DNA of 38,373 nucleotides from contig JALAGF010004873.1 of the NCBI GenBank assembly GCA_030167865.1, positions 1-38,373 of the forward strand. Direction: 5' to 3'. Source of the DNA: Craspedostauros australis. Its lineage: Eukaryota. Of the stretch, positions 20,756-30,993 are shown in pieces. The translations under genes and the position numbers were made by a program. The notes beneath the pieces are model-generated. The model was not told the DNA's origin, did not search any database, and was given only the letters and a program-made list of their open reading frames with translations. The stretch's first letter is position 1; every line of letters begins with the position of its first letter.

Positions 20756-22225
20756 ATGGCATTGCCCGCGTCAATGCTACCGTCTGGAAGATCGGACAGC
20801 ACGGACAGCAAATCACCGCCATTCAAACGGATGCATCTCCCGCCAACCAAGGCCGTCGTTATGATGGTATTCGCCATGGTCTTCTGCATCGCCTCGGTCT
20901 TCGTCATCGTATCCATCAGCAACGACAACATGTTCGTGACAAGGTCGCACGATCAGTTCCGACAGATCCAGATTCGGTTCCACAGCCCCATCCAAACAAG
21001 AAGTACGAGCGCATTTGGAGCGCAAAAACCTGACAGCGCGGCAGGCACAGACCTGTTCTCATCGTCATCGTTGCGGGCGTCTTCTACTCCTCTTTCACTG
21101 CCGTCTCCGCAGTCGAAGATGGCTGGAAACACCGCCCCACAGTACAAGCTCAACTGGAATCCTTGGCAGGCAAAGTACGAGCAGATCGATTGGCACGAGT
21201 TGCAAAAGACGACCACGAACAAGACACTCGTCGTCATCATCGGCAACCTCCGCGGCGGCCCCCTCGCGTGGGAAACCTTGCAGAAGCAGGTCCTCGACAT
21301 CAACCCAAACACGGACTTGGCACTCATGATTGGCGATCAGGAGATGGACCACGCGCCGTCATCAGCAGCATTCATGACCAATCACAAGAGTCGGTTCGCG
21401 GCATCATCGTTGGCGCAAGATGACCCAGCGTCGATGCTATTCCAAGCAGCCAAGTACGTGTGGACGTTTCCCGAATTTGACGATTGGGCGGATGCGATGG
21501 ACATCGTCGATCCCACGCAACGGTGGGAGCGCGAAGTCCTGCCGCTCATGATCAACCGCACCGGATTGATCGGTGGCGTGCGCGACTTCAAGGGCAGCGG
21601 CAGCATCATCTTCATGGCCAGGTGGTATGCGATGCAGCACATCTTGCACTTTGACCTGTTGCGCGAATACGATCGCTTCGTCATCACCAGATCCGATCAC
21701 TACTACAAATGCGCGCACGATCTCTCCCAGCTGGACCCCAACTACATCTGGGTTCCGAAAGGCGAGGACTACAGCGGCCTCACCGATCGACATGCGGTCG
21801 TGCCGCGAGAGCTTGTGCTGCCCGCGTTGGATTTGATGCACACGATGCTGCATCATCCGCCACCCTGCACGCACTTCCCGAAGAGGCGGTTCAAATTCCA
21901 CTTCGCCTGCAGGATCCGGCTCAATCCAGAGCAATGGATTGAGTACCAATGGGATCGTGCCGGCCTGCTGCCCTACGTCCGAAGGATGGACCGTGTCATG
22001 TTCACTTGTGCTACCCAAAATGACACAACAAGATGGCAGGAGGCGACGGATGTTGCGACAGGCGGCGCATCGGCTGATATTTCTGCTGCTGCGATCATTG
22101 GCCCACACAGGCCAAGCAACGAACCGCCGCAGGAGTTCTCAGAACCACCTCCACAGGGTCTGCTTCTGAAGTATGTGAAGGAGTACGAAATGAGCTTGGC
22201 AACCTGCGGCAGAAGGCACACATGA
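20756..22225 (+). CDS. Type II membrane protein, putative glycosyltransferase-like (alternative upstream ATGs at 20576 and 20642)
   Basis: A single N-terminal TM anchor and Ser-rich stem precede a globular domain (LVVIIGNLRGG, YDRFVITRSDHY, IWVPKGEDYSGLTDRHAV). Codon usage is coding-like. Confidence 0.65.
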   Translation: MALPASMLPSGRSDSTDSKSPPFKRMHLPPTKAVVMMVFAMVFCIASVFVIVSISNDNMFVTRSHDQFRQIQIRFHSPIQTRSTSAFGAQKPDSAAGTDLFSSSSLRASSTPLSLPSPQSKMAGNTAPQYKLNWNPWQAKYEQIDWHELQKTTTNKTLVVIIGNLRGGPLAWETLQKQVLDINPNTDLALMIGDQEMDHAPSSAAFMTNHKSRFAASSLAQDDPASMLFQAAKYVWTFPEFDDWADAMDIVDPTQRWEREVLPLMINRTGLIGGVRDFKGSGSIIFMARWYAMQHILHFDLLREYDRFVITRSDHYYKCAHDLSQLDPNYIWVPKGEDYSGLTDRHAVVPRELVLPALDLMHTMLHHPPPCTHFPKRRFKFHFACRIRLNPEQWIEYQWDRAGLLPYVRRMDRVMFTCATQNDTTRWQEATDVATGGASADISAAAIIGPHRPSNEPPQEFSEPPPQGLLLKYVKEYEMSLATCGRRHT

Positions 22226-22816
22226 TGAGTGCAAAATAAAGAAATAACTCAAGGATTAGCGTGTTTTAGTTGACTGTGCCATCAGTTCTTTTCTCTGCCC
22301 CCTTGCAACTGCCTGCACCACAGGCAGAGCGCACGGAATCGGATGGAATGTGTTGAGTGTATCATGTAGAGTGGATGGTTGGGCGATGGCCGGTGAGTTG
22401 CCATGCCATAATGAATCTCCCTCCTTACACTTCTACTGTCATGAAGCCTCGTCGTATGCCCTCCTTGCACATGAGGCAAGTGCTGACAAGCGATCTTGGT
22501 GTGATGCAGTTGTTTGGCTGTGGGAAATGGAGGGCCTTCACGTTGTCCGAGAGTCTGTGGATTCCATGTGAGCTTGCGCATGCCGTTGTACCATCCTTTG
22601 GCAGAAACAGGAGCAGACAACTAGTCCATCTATGCACTACGATGACAGACATGACCAGCACTTGCACCAGAGGGGAGGTGGTGACATTGCCCCATCATGT
22701 TGCTGGTGGCAAGAGCACAGCAAGCACACCATCTAAACATCGAGCACCATCAGATCAACCATCGGGAACCACATTTTTAGCAAGGCGCAACGAGCATCCG
22801 TCAAGCGCCATTAGGT

Positions 22817-23095
22817 CACGCACACATGCACACGCACGCACACATGCACACGCACGCACACACACAGCAAGAGCGAGAAAGCCACCTCCAAACACAAACG
22901 ACAAGAGGTCCCAGCGGTTGCAGATCGGTGCTTCCATCCCCTTCAAAACGCACACACTAACACTAAGACGAACACTGACACTAACACTGACACTAACACT
23001 AAGACTAACACGCTCACACACGAATACGCTCACGCACGAATACACTCACACACAAATACACTCACACGCTCACACACCAACACAGCATCATCACA
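22817..23095 (+). repeat. CA-rich compound microsatellite (CACG/CACA and ACACTA units)
   Basis: Directly visible; similar CA-rich tracts precede several start codons in this window. Confidence 0.85.
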
Positions 23096-23106
23096 TTGAC
23101 AACGAC

Positions 23107-23269
23107 GTCCAACCGCCAGCTTGGAGGACAAGCTATCACAGGGAACTTGCTTCTGTGGTCTTTTGAGCCGTCTGCTGCTGATGATGATCATCGTTACGCA
23201 GTTGACGGCTCATTAGAACCACAAAATCAAATTCCCGTGAAAACTTGTCCTCCAGGATGGAGGTTGGAC
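23107..23269. ncRNA. Long imperfect hairpin (about 78-bp stem, 4-nt loop); candidate small-RNA precursor
   Basis: Manual alignment of 23107-23185 against 23190-23269 gives about 68 pairs, 10 mismatches and 3 single-nt bulges, with a GATC loop. There is no credible ORF. The hairpin is clearly present, but RNA function is unproven. Confidence 0.5.
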
Positions 23270-23871
23270 TGTTTTAATTTATGTGACATTGTGCGTTGCC
23301 GTTCTTTCGTTGGCGCAATTCGAACAGTTGTACGACTAGCAGTAGCAGTAGCAGTAGCCGTAACAGTGACAGGCACAATAGCTGCACGGCTCACCAGAAA
23401 ACCCCAAAATTAACACGCACGATCCACGAGGAAAGAGTGGCGAGCGCGGATGCCTCCTTGGGACTTGTGCCTCTTGTTCTTCCTGTTGTTTCGGATACCA
23501 CAAAGGGTCGCATGCCACATAAGATCGCACGTACAGAATGCAGTAGTAAGTGTCGTAAGTGTCCTATGACTCAGTGTCAGTTTGGTACTTGATTCGGAGG
23601 GTACTTGCCAGGTATCGAGTGTTTTTAAATAAGCGTTTACCGCATCTCCCAATCTGCATCCCTGAGTTTGTTCCATTGTGATTCGCCAACAAAATGTGTT
23701 CGTTTGATTGTGCTGTTGTGTTCGTCCTTGGCGGACTGCATGCCGGATCGTTTTGGTCGTCACATTAATAGTTTGTATTAGATCGTTCGCACGGGTATGG
23801 ATAGACTCGACCTATTCCAAGCCACTCTACATCGATGAATTCTGCTCTAAACAACACGGCGGCGGCCTTGA

Positions 23872-26220
23872 TCACATCTCCAGCCAATTCTTGACCATGG
23901 CGGCTGCCTTCGTTCCGGTATGAATGGATTGGAACTGCTCTGCGTCCGTGTAGTCGCGGAAGGTCTTCCACTGCTTCGAACTCTGCGAGGCGTTCTCGTC
24001 TGCCGTTTCCAAGAACCTGTGATTGGCGGTCAGAGCGTTGTGAAACGCCATGCGCTTGCCGGCATCGTTCAAGCGCGCATACGTTCCCAATGGTGCCGGG
24101 TACGATGATTTCTGCATCACGTCGGCCAGTAGCCGTATCGAATGGGAAAGCTGCTTGTACAGGTGGTCTCGCCATTGCGCTGCAACACCGTTGTCCTGGT
24201 CATCGCCCTCCTCGGCGGCGCGATCAAGGAGCGCCGAAAGAACCTCGTCGTAGTTGGCATCCATGGACTTCCTCAGGACCGGGACATCCATCTCGGCAAG
24301 GCTGCGATCCTGGTGGTGCTGTATCATATCTGCTTGGGTGGGGATCTTGAGCTCTCCAGTAATGTACGCCGCAAATATCCAGGCAAACGCATCATGATCC
24401 AGCAGCGGGTTGTTGGTCAGGTCGTGAAAGTACATCATGCGCGGATTTCGTATCTATGCGTTGCCGTTATCGTTGGCGATATCGTTGAAATTGGGAAGGT
24501 GGAAAGATGTGTCAGATTGCGTCCATGCGCTTGTCAATGATGCACGTGCAGGAAGGTTCAATGCGGATGGTTCCATGCATGCCGTCGGAGGCACTCACAA
24601 ACACAGAGACTCAGCAGGTCGCCGCAGAATAGTGCAGAAAACAAGAGCAAGGGGCCAATGTGACAGTGGAAGGTAGCCTGCCTTCCAACTCCGCTGCCAC
24701 TTCGCTACACTGTTTTGCACTGCGATGTGCGCTTGATCGCATTGTGCCGCACTTACCAAGAGACCGTAGTAATTGGCTGGCGCGCGGGTTTCATGAAAAG
24801 CGCACTGCGGCGACGGCTCGACGTGGCCAAGTTCCTCCGTGAAGCTGTTTTCCGCCATGCTCCAACCATCTGGGATTTTGAAACTGAACTCATGATGTTT
24901 GTCGAGCAGGTCCTCGCTGAGCATGTGCGTTGCCGGATGGTATCCGGTGCAGAATATGACGGCATCGATGTTCTCCAAGGATCCTTCGATCTCGTTCCAG
25001 CCTCGGTACCCGCCTTGCCGACTCCATTCGACTTCTTCAAAATGAATCGTGCTGCCTTCCGCAGCCAAGATGCGGAGACCATTGTGAACCGAGACCTTGT
25101 TGCCTGGCCAGCTGGTTGTGTACTCGATGTAGGAATCGAAGCTGCGCGACACGATGTGAACATGGTGCGCGCCGAGCTTGATGGCCTGCAGGGCAAGATC
25201 CTCGGCCGAGTACTTGCCCCCCACCAGTAGGATGCGCTTGCCTTTCACGGTGGACTCCAAGTTCGCAGTGTCCGCGGAGTGCAGGATGGGGCCGGGGAAT
25301 CCACCGGCCAGCAGCATGTCCACCGCGTCCTGCGGGATCAGCTGCTTGCCGTTGGTCCCCGCGCTCCACACGCAGTAATCGAAGTCTCGCGTGGTGGTGG
25401 CCTTCGTGATCAAATTCGTCGTCGTGACTTCGAATTTTTGCTTGGAATCGCTGAACGCGACATGCTGGACCTCCGTATTGAAGTGCATGTAGTCATCGAA
25501 AAAGGACGGGTTGTGACGCGTGACGCGCGCAATAATATAGTCCAGCACGTCCTTCCGTGGCAAGTACACGGTGACGGGTCGCCGGAAGTGATCATCGAAG
25601 GTGTAGTCGAAGAACTCCATGTTGTGCGAGGCCCCGTTCGTCCAGAGGTTGTCATACATTTCGACCGCGCCGATGTCGGATGTGTCGGATCCATTTGCCT
25701 TCCTCCAAACGCCGCCAGGACTGGAGGCCCTTTCAAAACAATGGATATCGAATGCTCTGCATCCGTTGGATTCTCTTGTGCCTGACTGCGGTTGCGACTG
25801 TGTCTCGGGTTGCGCCTGATGCTGCAGCTGCCGCTGCCGCTGCCGCCGTAGCTGTTGCTGTGACTGGTTCATCCTCTCGTCCATGTGGTAGCAAAAGAAC
25901 ATACCGCCAGGGCCTCCCCCAATGACGCAGATAGATTGGGTGGCATCGCCATCGCCATCACCATCGCCAATACCATCGGCACCGATATCACAATGATCGT
26001 TGAACACGTCCGACAGAGGAGACGTGGATGTGTCCTTGGTGCCTGCGGTGTTTCCATCGTGACCTCCAACTTTGCCAGGCGGTTCCGTCTGTGAAAGGAA
26101 GGGATTTTGAGGTGAAGTCGGCGTCGAGGCTGGACCTGAAGATGCTTGGAAAGCGAAGGACGTGATGTTTATGCTCTGCGAAAGCGAGAGCCACGACGGA
26201 AGCAGGTTGAGGTTGTTCAT
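23872..26220 (-). CDS. Flavin-containing monooxygenase (class B), similar to bacterial trimethylamine monooxygenase/mFMO; exons 26220-24757 and 24453-23872
   Basis: FAD motif IGGGPGG, MYDNLWTNG, FMO motif FPGPILHS, NADPH motif VGGKYSAEDLA and FCTGY. A phase-0 intron joins YYGLL|IRNPRMMY. Confidence 0.9.
24454..24756 (-). other. Spliceosomal intron (303 nt)
   Basis: Minus-strand donor GTAAGT at 24756 and acceptor GCATAG ending at 24454. Confidence 0.85.
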
Positions 26221-27006
26221 GCTCTACCGATACACGTAGAGTATCATGCTCTCCTCTTTCTCTCTGTCTTTCTCGCCTTTGCTTTGGCTAAGATTGGGGA
26301 TGGGCTCAGCGTTCCTTGCACAGTGCACCGTGCACCGTGCACCTTGTGGCGTGAAGTGGATGTATTATTATGTGTTCGTTGTGTTGGAGTATTTGCGAGC
26401 GTTGTGTTGATGGGTCTGCCGACTTCGGGTTCAGCAGCGTTTTTGGCAACGGTTGGAATGTTGGTTTGTTGTGTTTGTTCGCGTGATACGCTGTTGTGCA
26501 GAATCTCGTTTGCCCCAAACTCGTGTTCGTCGTGTTGTACCAGTACCGCCGAAATTGTTGGAGCCGCCGTACCTTGTGGCTCCCATGATGCCAGGCTCTC
26601 TGCTATTATAAATGTGTGGCTGTCCATTCGAATACTCTGCTTCTTGGGCTCAAGGTCAGCTCGCTCCGCCGTTCCCCTTTTGGATTGAACCTTTTGGCTG
26701 CCATTGCCACGCACATGAACAGGGCCTCGGCAACTCTCGTGCATACTAATAGTCGTACAATAGGACCTACTACAACTCCATTTCATTTTATCAATGCGAG
26801 TATCATCCTGCTTCATTCTTCGCGCGCAATGCGCTGCCCACTTGAGCTCCGGCGTCAGCTACTGGATCGCATCGTTGCTTTCCATTGAACCTCCAACTCG
26901 ACTTGGCTGCGTCCTTTTCTTTGCCTCTCTGTCTCCGTCTCTTGCGGCCCGTGGTGCAAGAAGTGGAGGCGTGCGGTATGTAAGGTAAGGCATGGTGTGC
27001 GTCGTG

Positions 27007-28248
27007 TCATATCAGTTCGGGACACTGCTTCCCCACATGCCCGGTTTGCAAGCATGCGTGGCAGTGCTCGTGATCGAATGGACAGTCGGATTTGGAGCAT
27101 CCATCTTTGTGGTAGTTGTAGTACCGGCAGATGGCCGTCTTGCCATCCTTCGGCGACAGCATCAACGGAGCGCGCAACGGATGCTTCGGTCGAGCCCGTC
27201 TTAATTTGTGCGCCTTGAACCATGCCCAACCGTCAGTGATCGACCCCGTTTCGCGATCGATGGTGGCCGATTCTCGCACGATCTGCACCAGCGCCCTGCT
27301 TTTGATGACAAGGAGCTGCGTGGTGCGGAAGGTCGACAGCACCCAAGTGATCATGCGCAAGACACCGATAGACTCTCGATTCCCGCCAATGTCCATGAAG
27401 ATGCAGGTCGGCGATGTTTGCGTACCGAAGTGCATGGCCTCAGATTCTGCTCGCTTGGGATCGATGAGCGCATCTATCTTCGCCCAGTGGCAATTGGCGC
27501 AGCTTGGGCTGTCACCACTACCCTGCGCAGCTGTTTGTGGAGAAGAGAAAGCAGAATCGTTCGTTGGCGATGCAGCAGATTGCTGCACGAGAGCCTTACA
27601 CGTGGCGATCATTTGATCCGAGGTGTCAAATCCGACCCATGTCTTCACCAGCGGGACGAGCATGCGAGACGTTTCTCCTGTGGAGCAACCAATCTCAAGG
27701 CAATGATCGTCTTTGCGTACCTGGTACGCTAGCTGGCGGAATGGAGCTGTCTCGGGCGTGATGAGTACGGTGCAGTCCGCCCGTCGCATTCTTCGGTCAT
27801 CGTCGTCTGTGCAGGGCCCTCTGTTGGCGGTACGTTTGTCATTGACGTTCCCACTGGCATCGGCATCACCATTGGCATCGGCATCATGGTTGGCTTTCGC
27901 TTTATCGCCACCAGCGGTGTCGGCATGAGTAGCTGCATCTGCCCCGCGAAAGGATCGCATGATGTGCTGCCGATCATTGCCGGCAAGGCGCAAGATCTCA
28001 TCTTGCCCGCCAGCGACCTTGATCTCCACGACCTTCTTTTCTATATCCACCGCGATCACCGTCCCCATCCTCAAGGGTACGACACGACCGTCCGCGTCCT
28101 TCTTCGTTGGCTTTATGAGGACTTGCTGACCAACCTGGCATTCGCAGCCGAACTTGGCCTTGCGCTTTGCGGGTGGGTAAAGGTACCACTGAGTGATGCG
28201 CTGCGTTCTGGCACGCTTCGGCTTCGGCGGCTCTGTCGATCGCTCCAT
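27007..28248 (-). CDS. Class I SAM-dependent methyltransferase-like protein with a C-terminal CCCH finger and CCHC knuckle (413 aa)
   Basis: Motif I CLEIGCSTGETS, then VGFDTS and IFMDIGGNR. The C-terminus has CRYYNYHKDGCSKSDCPFDH and CHACLQTGHVGKQC. The first in-frame ATG is at 28248. Confidence 0.8.
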   Translation of the reverse strand: MERSTEPPKPKRARTQRITQWYLYPPAKRKAKFGCECQVGQQVLIKPTKKDADGRVVPLRMGTVIAVDIEKKVVEIKVAGGQDEILRLAGNDRQHIMRSFRGADAATHADTAGGDKAKANHDADANGDADASGNVNDKRTANRGPCTDDDDRRMRRADCTVLITPETAPFRQLAYQVRKDDHCLEIGCSTGETSRMLVPLVKTWVGFDTSDQMIATCKALVQQSAASPTNDSAFSSPQTAAQGSGDSPSCANCHWAKIDALIDPKRAESEAMHFGTQTSPTCIFMDIGGNRESIGVLRMITWVLSTFRTTQLLVIKSRALVQIVRESATIDRETGSITDGWAWFKAHKLRRARPKHPLRAPLMLSPKDGKTAICRYYNYHKDGCSKSDCPFDHEHCHACLQTGHVGKQCPELI

Positions 28249-28973
28249 TCCTTCCGCTCCGATAGTCCTGCTGCTTCTGCTGTTAATGCTTCTCCTGCTG
28301 TTTCTGATGGTGTTACTGTGTATTCTATATGATGGCCCTCGACGATGAGAGGGTCTGCCTCGTGTCCTGGATGCGCAGTTCGGACATGCCAGAGTATCGG
28401 CAGCGCGCGTGACCTGAAGAGCATTGGAATGGGGTTGGCGAGGGGAGGAGTGCGTCGAAAAGCATGTGATGTCGTTGCGCAAGGGTGCTGCCGAAAAGTT
28501 CGTGCCGAAAAGAATGGGTGATTGGTGTGACTCGTGACTGGAACACTGTGGAATACTTCCATTCCCAATCGTTGCGGTCGACGTATTCAAACAAGACTCA
28601 GATCTTGTTCCACAGAAAATGACGAACACGAACGAAGAAAAGAACTCTCGGTTGGGTTGATGTCGCTTTCTCTGTTTCGTTCGTGGGTTGTGTACCGACC
28701 GTCAAGAACAGTACGAGACTGCCAACGTCCTCCTCATGTGCTTCTTGTTGACATCACTGGTGTTGCTGCCTCCGTCGCCCAAAAGATCTTTCATAGTTCG
28801 TCCTCGCAACCCCCCGTGCGCCCCGAACCAAGCCATAAAGTCCCCACTCTGCCCAACTCGGCTCCATTCTATTATTCCATTCTACATATTGTTGCATCTT
28901 ACACAAGCTCTCCACCTCTCATCTTACTCCCAAGATCTCACACTCCTGCTCGTACCAATCCACTCGTACAACC

Positions 28974-29987
28974 ATGCATTCTCGATCCTTGCACAAGCGG
29001 CCCTTCGCGAAGGTGGCCGTCGCCACCATCTTCATGGTTGTTTGCGCCAAGTCCATCAGACGCGCAGGAACCCGCACACCGACCAAGCACGATGCAATTC
29101 ACAAGGCTGATACGGTTGCGCATGATGGCAGTCGCGCCAGCAGTAAAAACGCCCGCAAGTCCAATAAGGTGGACGTCATCTTCTACGGCGAGGCCGAGTG
29201 CCCGTTCTGCCGCGAATTCGTCACGGAGATCTGGCCAAAGACGTGGAACGATGCCGAGATGCGTTCCGTCATCAAGTACGACTTCGTGCCATGGGGTAAC
29301 GCATACTTCGCAACCGAGGTCTGTGGCAAGGGTCCCGAGTACAGCTCCGAGGAGCGCGCATGCTGGTTCGACAAATGCATCCGAACATCACCCAACTTGC
29401 GAGGCGGAGGATCAGGGGAAGAATTGGTCGTTGCCGAGCCAGAGCTTGAAGCGAGTGCAGACGCAGACTTCACCCGCAATGAGCTCGCAACAACTTCAAG
29501 TCACCGTCAAGACAAGAGGACTATTTCCACCTCGGAATGCTTCAAGGATCATGCCATCTACCAGCACTCTGCAAGGGAAGGCAGGGTCGACATCTACGAG
29601 AGTTGCGTCAAGGAGATCTACAACATGGAGACGGCGGTCGACTTCATGATCTGCTGTGAGGGAAAATTCATGGACGACCCGGAGATGGATGCGGTCGATC
29701 TACTCGAGAACTGCACGCCCAACTTTTCTATCGCAGACGTCGTGGAAGAGTGCTTCGCGCTGCGTGGCAAGCAGATGGAGATTAGGAATGCCAAGGCGAC
29801 TCCCGACCATCCAGGCGTGCCTTACGTCACCGTCAATGGCAACGCTCTTGACGATGCCAGACAGGTGAAGGATGCGATTTGCAACGAGCTCAAGACCCAC
29901 GGGAACGGCATGCTGCATCAGGACCTTCCAAAGACGTGCCTGGAAGATGATGAAGTGAAATCAGTGGAGCAGATCATGGTGCAATGA
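28974..29987 (+). CDS. GILT (gamma-interferon-inducible lysosomal thiol reductase) family protein
   Basis: An N-terminal hydrophobic segment is followed by the active site YGEAECPFC, FVPWGNA, a degenerate QH..E signature and VPYVTVNG. Confidence 0.85.
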   Translation: MHSRSLHKRPFAKVAVATIFMVVCAKSIRRAGTRTPTKHDAIHKADTVAHDGSRASSKNARKSNKVDVIFYGEAECPFCREFVTEIWPKTWNDAEMRSVIKYDFVPWGNAYFATEVCGKGPEYSSEERACWFDKCIRTSPNLRGGGSGEELVVAEPELEASADADFTRNELATTSSHRQDKRTISTSECFKDHAIYQHSAREGRVDIYESCVKEIYNMETAVDFMICCEGKFMDDPEMDAVDLLENCTPNFSIADVVEECFALRGKQMEIRNAKATPDHPGVPYVTVNGNALDDARQVKDAICNELKTHGNGMLHQDLPKTCLEDDEVKSVEQIMVQ

Positions 29988-30553
29988 ACACGCCATCGTA
30001 CGCTCTCTTGTCAGAACTCGCAGAGTGCACCGATTCTACACATACATACAGCAACCTCGTTTTTTTCACATCACAAATCACAAGCAAATCCAAATTCTTC
30101 CGAAAGAGTGTTGTACAGACTATAGTACTTGTCTGCTACACTCGCGTATGTATTATTCGTCGCAGTAAATTAGCATGTGCGCCGGCCTGTTGGGATGGCT
30201 CTCCCACTTGATCATCGCACGCTTTGCGAAAGTCTTTGCGCCTCCAAGACAGCGAAAAATCGATTCTTGATGCCTGAGATTCTTCGCGCGTCGCAAATGA
30301 AACTGTAGTGGGGTAGTGGAGAGTAGAGTAGTCTCCTGTATTCCATTCTCCTTGTGTCAGCCACGAAGAAAACCACCAAGGACGATGGGGCACACAAAAG
30401 CATGTCGCACCGTGCTCTTTGATCATCGTCAATTCTCCTCGTTTGTTGGTGTCCAACAAGAGTATGCAAACAAAAAGATGGGCGAACATCCAAAACGAAG
30501 AATGGACCCGGCGCTTGGCTGACGGAACAAAACCAATCATGTTTCCAAAACAG

Positions 30554-30626
30554 TAACCGCGGTGGGAATCGAACCCACGATCTTCTCGGTGTAAACGAGA
30601 CGTCATCACCCCTAGACCACGCAGTC
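30554..30626 (-). tRNA. trnV: tRNA-Val (TAC)
   Basis: 73-nt cloverleaf with acceptor GACTGCG/CGCGGTT, anticodon arm TCTCG-TTTACAC-CGAGA and T-loop GGTTCGATTCC; a TTTT Pol III terminator lies just downstream. Confidence 0.95.
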
Positions 30627-30993
30627 GGTTAATGCTACAATATCATCGCAATTTTACTACTTAATAACGCTGCTTCTTTTTCGCCTCATTCTGAGATACG
30701 CAATTATATGTGCAACACCCAACGCACGTGGATGTAATGATGCTAATATATACATACCATGTACTAATTGTGAATTGCAGACACAGAAATTAGGGAGTCT
30801 ACTTCGGTCTTGGTGCTTTCACGTTGAACAGGGGGGTGCACGTGGTCATATCTGTGCTTGTGTGCAAGCCACCCCGAAACATTCACGCTCATCAACGACT
30901 TGATCAGACCACTCCTGCGCATCCCGATGTTTGGAAGGAGGTCGCTGTACTTATGTACGCATGTGTGCCAACGGGCGCCGTCGCCCATTCTCT

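Noticed and set aside
22357-23166. 269-aa ORF
   Set aside because: It is translated microsatellite (HAHART, LTLTLT) with a non-ATG start.
26268-26296. TTCTCGCCTTTGCTTTGGCTAAGAT resembles the U2 snRNA 5' end
   Set aside because: It lacks the GTGTAGTA branch-point pairing region, the Sm site and the downstream stems.
28534-29649. 371-aa ORF overlapping GILT
   Set aside because: It is an alternative frame with S/R/P-rich shadow composition.
28974-29987. Possible selenoprotein or SECIS system (GILT, methyltransferase, nearby hairpins)
   Set aside because: There is no in-frame TGA at catalytic positions (the active site is CPFC), and the long hairpins do not have SECIS geometry.
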